From positions 7,062-71,061 of the forward strand of contig MWDG01000002.1 in the NCBI GenBank assembly GCA_002070455.1: a DNA stretch of 64,000 nt. Reading direction: 5' to 3'. The notes beneath the pieces were generated by a model. It had not been told where the DNA came from, did no database searches, and saw only the letters and a program-made list of their open reading frames with translations. The DNA comes from Deltaproteobacteria bacterium ADurb.Bin151 (lineage in GTDB: Bacteria; Desulfobacterota; Syntrophia; Syntrophales; Smithellaceae). This document shows, piece by piece, positions 61,213-64,000 of the stretch; positions within the stretch are counted from its first letter, which is position 1; the number at the start of each line of letters is the position of its first letter. A program made the position numbers and the translations under genes.

Positions 61213-63342
61213 CTATTCCCCGTAGAATTTCCTGCCGCTTTGCACAATGTCCTTAAGGATCTGAGGGGGTGCAAAACGATTCCCGTAAGTTTTTTCCAGG
61301 GATTCCAGCGTGGCCTTGACCGAAGAAGCTCCGACACGATCGATATAACGGAACGGCCCTCCCTCAAAAGGCGGAAACCCCAAACCGAAAACAGCGCCGA
61401 TATCCCCGTCACGAGGGCAGGAAATAATCCCCTCCTGCAAACAAATCAGCGCTTCATTAATCATCATCATACTTACCCGCTGCTGAATCAATTTTGCATC
61501 AAATTTTTTGCGGGGCGCAGCACCCAGCAGGGCATAGACTTCTTCATTGGGTATCTTTTTCCCTTTCTTCTTTTTTCCATCATATCGGTAAAACCCTTTT
61601 TTGTTTTTCTTTCCCTTGTACCCTTTTGCGGTCAGTTTCGGGAAAGCATCGGAAGACTGCATGCCCCTTGCCGCAAACATCTTTCCCAAACCCATGGCGA
61701 CGTGCGCACCCACATCAATCCCCACCTCGTCAATAAGGGTGATCGGACCGACAGGGTAGCCGAATTGCCTCATTGCCCTATCTATATCGACGGAATCCGC
61801 ACCTTCCTCCACAAGAAGAACGGCTTCATTCAACAGAGGCGCCAGAATCCGTGTCGTGTAAAAACCGGGGCCGTCCTTGACGACAATGCAGGTTTTCCCT
61901 TGGGCGATCCCCATGTCAAGGGCGGTGGCTGTCACCCATGGCGCAGTTTTATCTGTCGTAATGATTTCCAAAAGAGGCATTTTGGGAACAGGTGAGAAGT
62001 AGTGCATCCCGATCACATTCTCCGGTCTTTTGCATCCTTCGGCAATATCATGAATGGGAATGGCCGAGGTATTGGATGCGAAAATGGTTCGCTCGTCCGT
62101 CGCGGTTTCCACATCGGCAAGAACGCGCTGCTTAACAGCGAGATCCTCAAATACGGCCTCAACTACAAGATCTGTATTTTTAAACAGGGAGTAGTCGTCG
62201 CAGGGAACAAGCTTCCCATACTGGACATGACTGTCAAATTCAAGAATAGCGCCCGATTTGACTTTCTTTTCCAGTCCTTTCCACATCTCCTTCATTCCGC
62301 GGGCGGCGTCATCCAATTTAACATCCTTCATTAAAATGGTATCGCAAATGGCCGTGGAGACGGAGGCAATGCCCTGTCCCATCAATCCGGTTCCAATGAC
62401 GCCCATTTTCCCCACTTTCCTGGCAAGGCTTTTCTGGGGATTTTTTTTCAGATCGGTCATGCCGAAAAAAAGGCTCATGAGAGCTTTAGACTGGGCAGTT
62501 GTCACCAGTCGACCGAAAAGTTCGATTTCTTTTTTCAGCCCCGCGGTCTTTCCGTGTTTCTGTCCATGCTCCACTGCTTCAATGATGGCATATGGTGCGG
62601 GGTAACAGCCGTAAGTCTGGCGGGTAACCATTTTTCTGGCCTGTGAAAACACGATGGACCTTCCGACAGGATTGGATTCCAGAAGGAAAGAGGAAAACGA
62701 ACGCTTGCGCTTTCTTTTGATATTCCCTCTCCCGGCCAGTTCCAGCGCTTTTTTAGCAGCCGTTTCTTTAATCCCATAGGGAGGAATCAGCTCATCCACC
62801 AGTCCTGCGCGTTTGGCTTTCTTCACCCGAAGATTACGCGCGGTAAGCAACATGGGCAGGGCGGCCGTCAGACCGATAAGCCGGGGGAGCCTCTGCGTTC
62901 CGCCTGCAGCAGGCAGCAGCCCCAGCTGCACTTCCGGGAATCCCAGAACCGTCTGCGGACCGTTGACCGCCATCCGATAATTACAGACCAGCGCCAGCTC
63001 CAGGCCGCCGCCCAGGCAGTTGCCATGAATACAGGCCACCACGGGGATTTTCATTTTTTCCAGGCTGTTGAGGATAGCGTGACCTTTGCTGATGTAGGCA
63101 ATCACTTCCTCTGTGGTTCGCATTCCTTTCAGTTCATCAATATCCGCTCCGACAACAAAGTTGTCTTCTTTGCCGCTCGCAATCACCATCCCCTTGATGC
63201 TCTTATCATTTTTTATATCATCCAAGACACCGGCCACTTCATCCAGCAGGCCCGATGAAACCTTGTTTACTTTGCTTTCAGGACAATCAATCGTTATGAT
63301 AGCAATTCCATCTTTTGTTTTTTCCATTGCCAGATATTTCAT
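61213..63342 (-). CDS. fadJ: Multifunctional fatty-acid oxidation protein (enoyl-CoA hydratase / 3-hydroxyacyl-CoA dehydrogenase)
   Basis: 709 aa. Crotonase fold (ACIHGNCLGGGLELAL) followed by the Rossmann motif VIGTGLMGQGIA and 3HCDH domains. The thiolase-first gene order resembles fadIJ. Confidence 0.9.
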   Translation of the reverse strand: MKYLAMEKTKDGIAIITIDCPESKVNKVSSGLLDEVAGVLDDIKNDKSIKGMVIASGKEDNFVVGADIDELKGMRTTEEVIAYISKGHAILNSLEKMKIPVVACIHGNCLGGGLELALVCNYRMAVNGPQTVLGFPEVQLGLLPAAGGTQRLPRLIGLTAALPMLLTARNLRVKKAKRAGLVDELIPPYGIKETAAKKALELAGRGNIKRKRKRSFSSFLLESNPVGRSIVFSQARKMVTRQTYGCYPAPYAIIEAVEHGQKHGKTAGLKKEIELFGRLVTTAQSKALMSLFFGMTDLKKNPQKSLARKVGKMGVIGTGLMGQGIASVSTAICDTILMKDVKLDDAARGMKEMWKGLEKKVKSGAILEFDSHVQYGKLVPCDDYSLFKNTDLVVEAVFEDLAVKQRVLADVETATDERTIFASNTSAIPIHDIAEGCKRPENVIGMHYFSPVPKMPLLEIITTDKTAPWVTATALDMGIAQGKTCIVVKDGPGFYTTRILAPLLNEAVLLVEEGADSVDIDRAMRQFGYPVGPITLIDEVGIDVGAHVAMGLGKMFAARGMQSSDAFPKLTAKGYKGKKNKKGFYRYDGKKKKGKKIPNEEVYALLGAAPRKKFDAKLIQQRVSMMMINEALICLQEGIISCPRDGDIGAVFGLGFPPFEGGPFRYIDRVGASSVKATLESLEKTYGNRFAPPQILKDIVQSGRKFYGE

Positions 63343-63353
63343 TGCTGCCTCCT

Positions 63354-64000
63354 CTACTGTGCATTTTCTAAAATGATGGTATTGCCCACAGCCCCCGCAC
63401 CGCAGCCCGCGATCAGACCGAACTGTGCATTTTCCTCCTGCATGCGGTTACAGCAACTCGCAATCAGCCTTCCTCCCGTGGCGCCGAAAGGATGGCCCAG
63501 AGAAAGAGATCCACCTCTTGTATTAAGAAGCTCCAAATCAATCCTTCCCATTGGGGCGGCAAGTCCCAGACTTTCCCTGCTCCATTTCTCGGATTCCATG
63601 TAACGGATGTTGGCAAGGATCTGGGCGGCAAATGCTTCATGAATTTCCAGAACCTTAATATCGGCAAGTCCGATGCCCGCTTTTTTCAATGCACGCGCGG
63701 AAGAAAAAGCCGGCCCCAGCAGCAGTTCTTCCCATGGATTGGAGCCTGCCTGGGCGTATGCCCGGATAAATGCCTTCGGTTTCAATCCCAAAGATTTCGC
63801 TTTTGATTCCTTCATCAGGAGGACGGCCGATGCGCCATCTGTAAGAAACGAGGAGTTGCCCGCTGTAACGGTTCCGTAGCGTTTTTCAAAAGCCGGTTTT
63901 ACTAAGGCAAGCTTTTCGGTCGAGGCGTCCGCACGGGGCCCGTTATCATCCGTCACCACCTGACCGGTATGGGGGACAACAACGGGGATGACTTCCTTTT
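63354..64000 (-). CDS. fadI: 3-ketoacyl-CoA thiolase, C-terminal part (5' end beyond the right window edge)
   Basis: C-terminal thiolase motifs NEAFAAQ, NTRGGSLSLGHPFGATG, GCGAGAVGNTIILE. The frame stays open to position 64000. Confidence 0.9.
   Translation of the reverse strand, partial: KEVIPVVVPHTGQVVTDDNGPRADASTEKLALVKPAFEKRYGTVTAGNSSFLTDGASAVLLMKESKAKSLGLKPKAFIRAYAQAGSNPWEELLLGPAFSSARALKKAGIGLADIKVLEIHEAFAAQILANIRYMESEKWSRESLGLAAPMGRIDLELLNTRGGSLSLGHPFGATGGRLIASCCNRMQEENAQFGLIAGCGAGAVGNTIILENAQ

Noticed and set aside
1-64000. Mobile elements, prophage, integrases, CRISPR-Cas or recognisable defence systems
   Set aside because: No ORF shows transposase, integrase, recombinase, Cas, restriction or reverse-transcriptase motifs. 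Apart from the orphan hicB nothing defence-like was found.

Overview
This is a 64 kb chromosomal segment with dense coding and no rRNA, tRNA, CRISPR array, transposase or integrase that I could recognise. The gene content suggests an anaerobic Desulfobacterota-like (deltaproteobacterial) organism: sigma-54 promoter, HD-GYP and PAS signalling proteins, NikR, a small multihaem cytochrome c, AmmeMemoRadiSam genes, fadIJ-like beta-oxidation genes and UGA recoding. That taxonomic call is inference only.

Main blocks:
- 0.5-2.6 kb: 3-hydroxyacyl-CoA dehydrogenase and an outer-membrane barrel protein.
- 3.3-4.6 kb: glgC.
- 4.9-13.9 kb: sensory and c-di-GMP proteins, namely a hybrid kinase, a thiolase-like protein, an MshEN/T2SSE_N-GGDEF protein behind a near-consensus sigma-54 promoter, and an REC-PAS-HD-GYP protein.
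- 14.1-25.3 kb: a contiguous six-gene glycogen block (pgm, GH13, glgP, glgA, glgB, malQ).
- 25.5-29.3 kb: six co-directional genes of unknown function.
- 29.4-32.9 kb: TPR protein, trihaem cytochrome c and a choloylglycine-hydrolase-type Ntn hydrolase.
- 33.0-38.0 kb: an AmmeMemoRadiSam operon whose proteins carry export signals, joined to a membrane spermidine-synthase-like protein.
- 38.1-43.7 kb: nikR divergent from a TonB receptor, methyltransferase and metal ABC importer operon.
- 43.7-46.0 kb: Crp/Fnr regulator, trxA, hup and yjbQ.
- 46.0-53.6 kb: transglutaminase-like lipoprotein, HD-GYP protein, penicillin-acylase-family protein, response regulator, Cache protein and hicB.
- 54.4-61.2 kb: SCP2-like protein, aminotransferase, methyltransferase, autotransporter and an RHH-like protein.
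- 61.2-64.0 kb: fadJ-like and fadI-like genes.

The strongest hidden signals are translational recoding events that the ORF track misses:
- An ArsC/Spx-family gene (53675-54022, minus strand) has an in-frame TGA exactly at the first Cys of the family's CxxC motif, and a SECIS-like hairpin lies downstream.
- A weaker candidate is a small membrane peptide just downstream of trxA. Its TGA stop is followed by a strong non-terminator hairpin and an in-frame Cys-containing extension.

All functional calls rest on motifs I recognised by eye in the translations. No database search was run.
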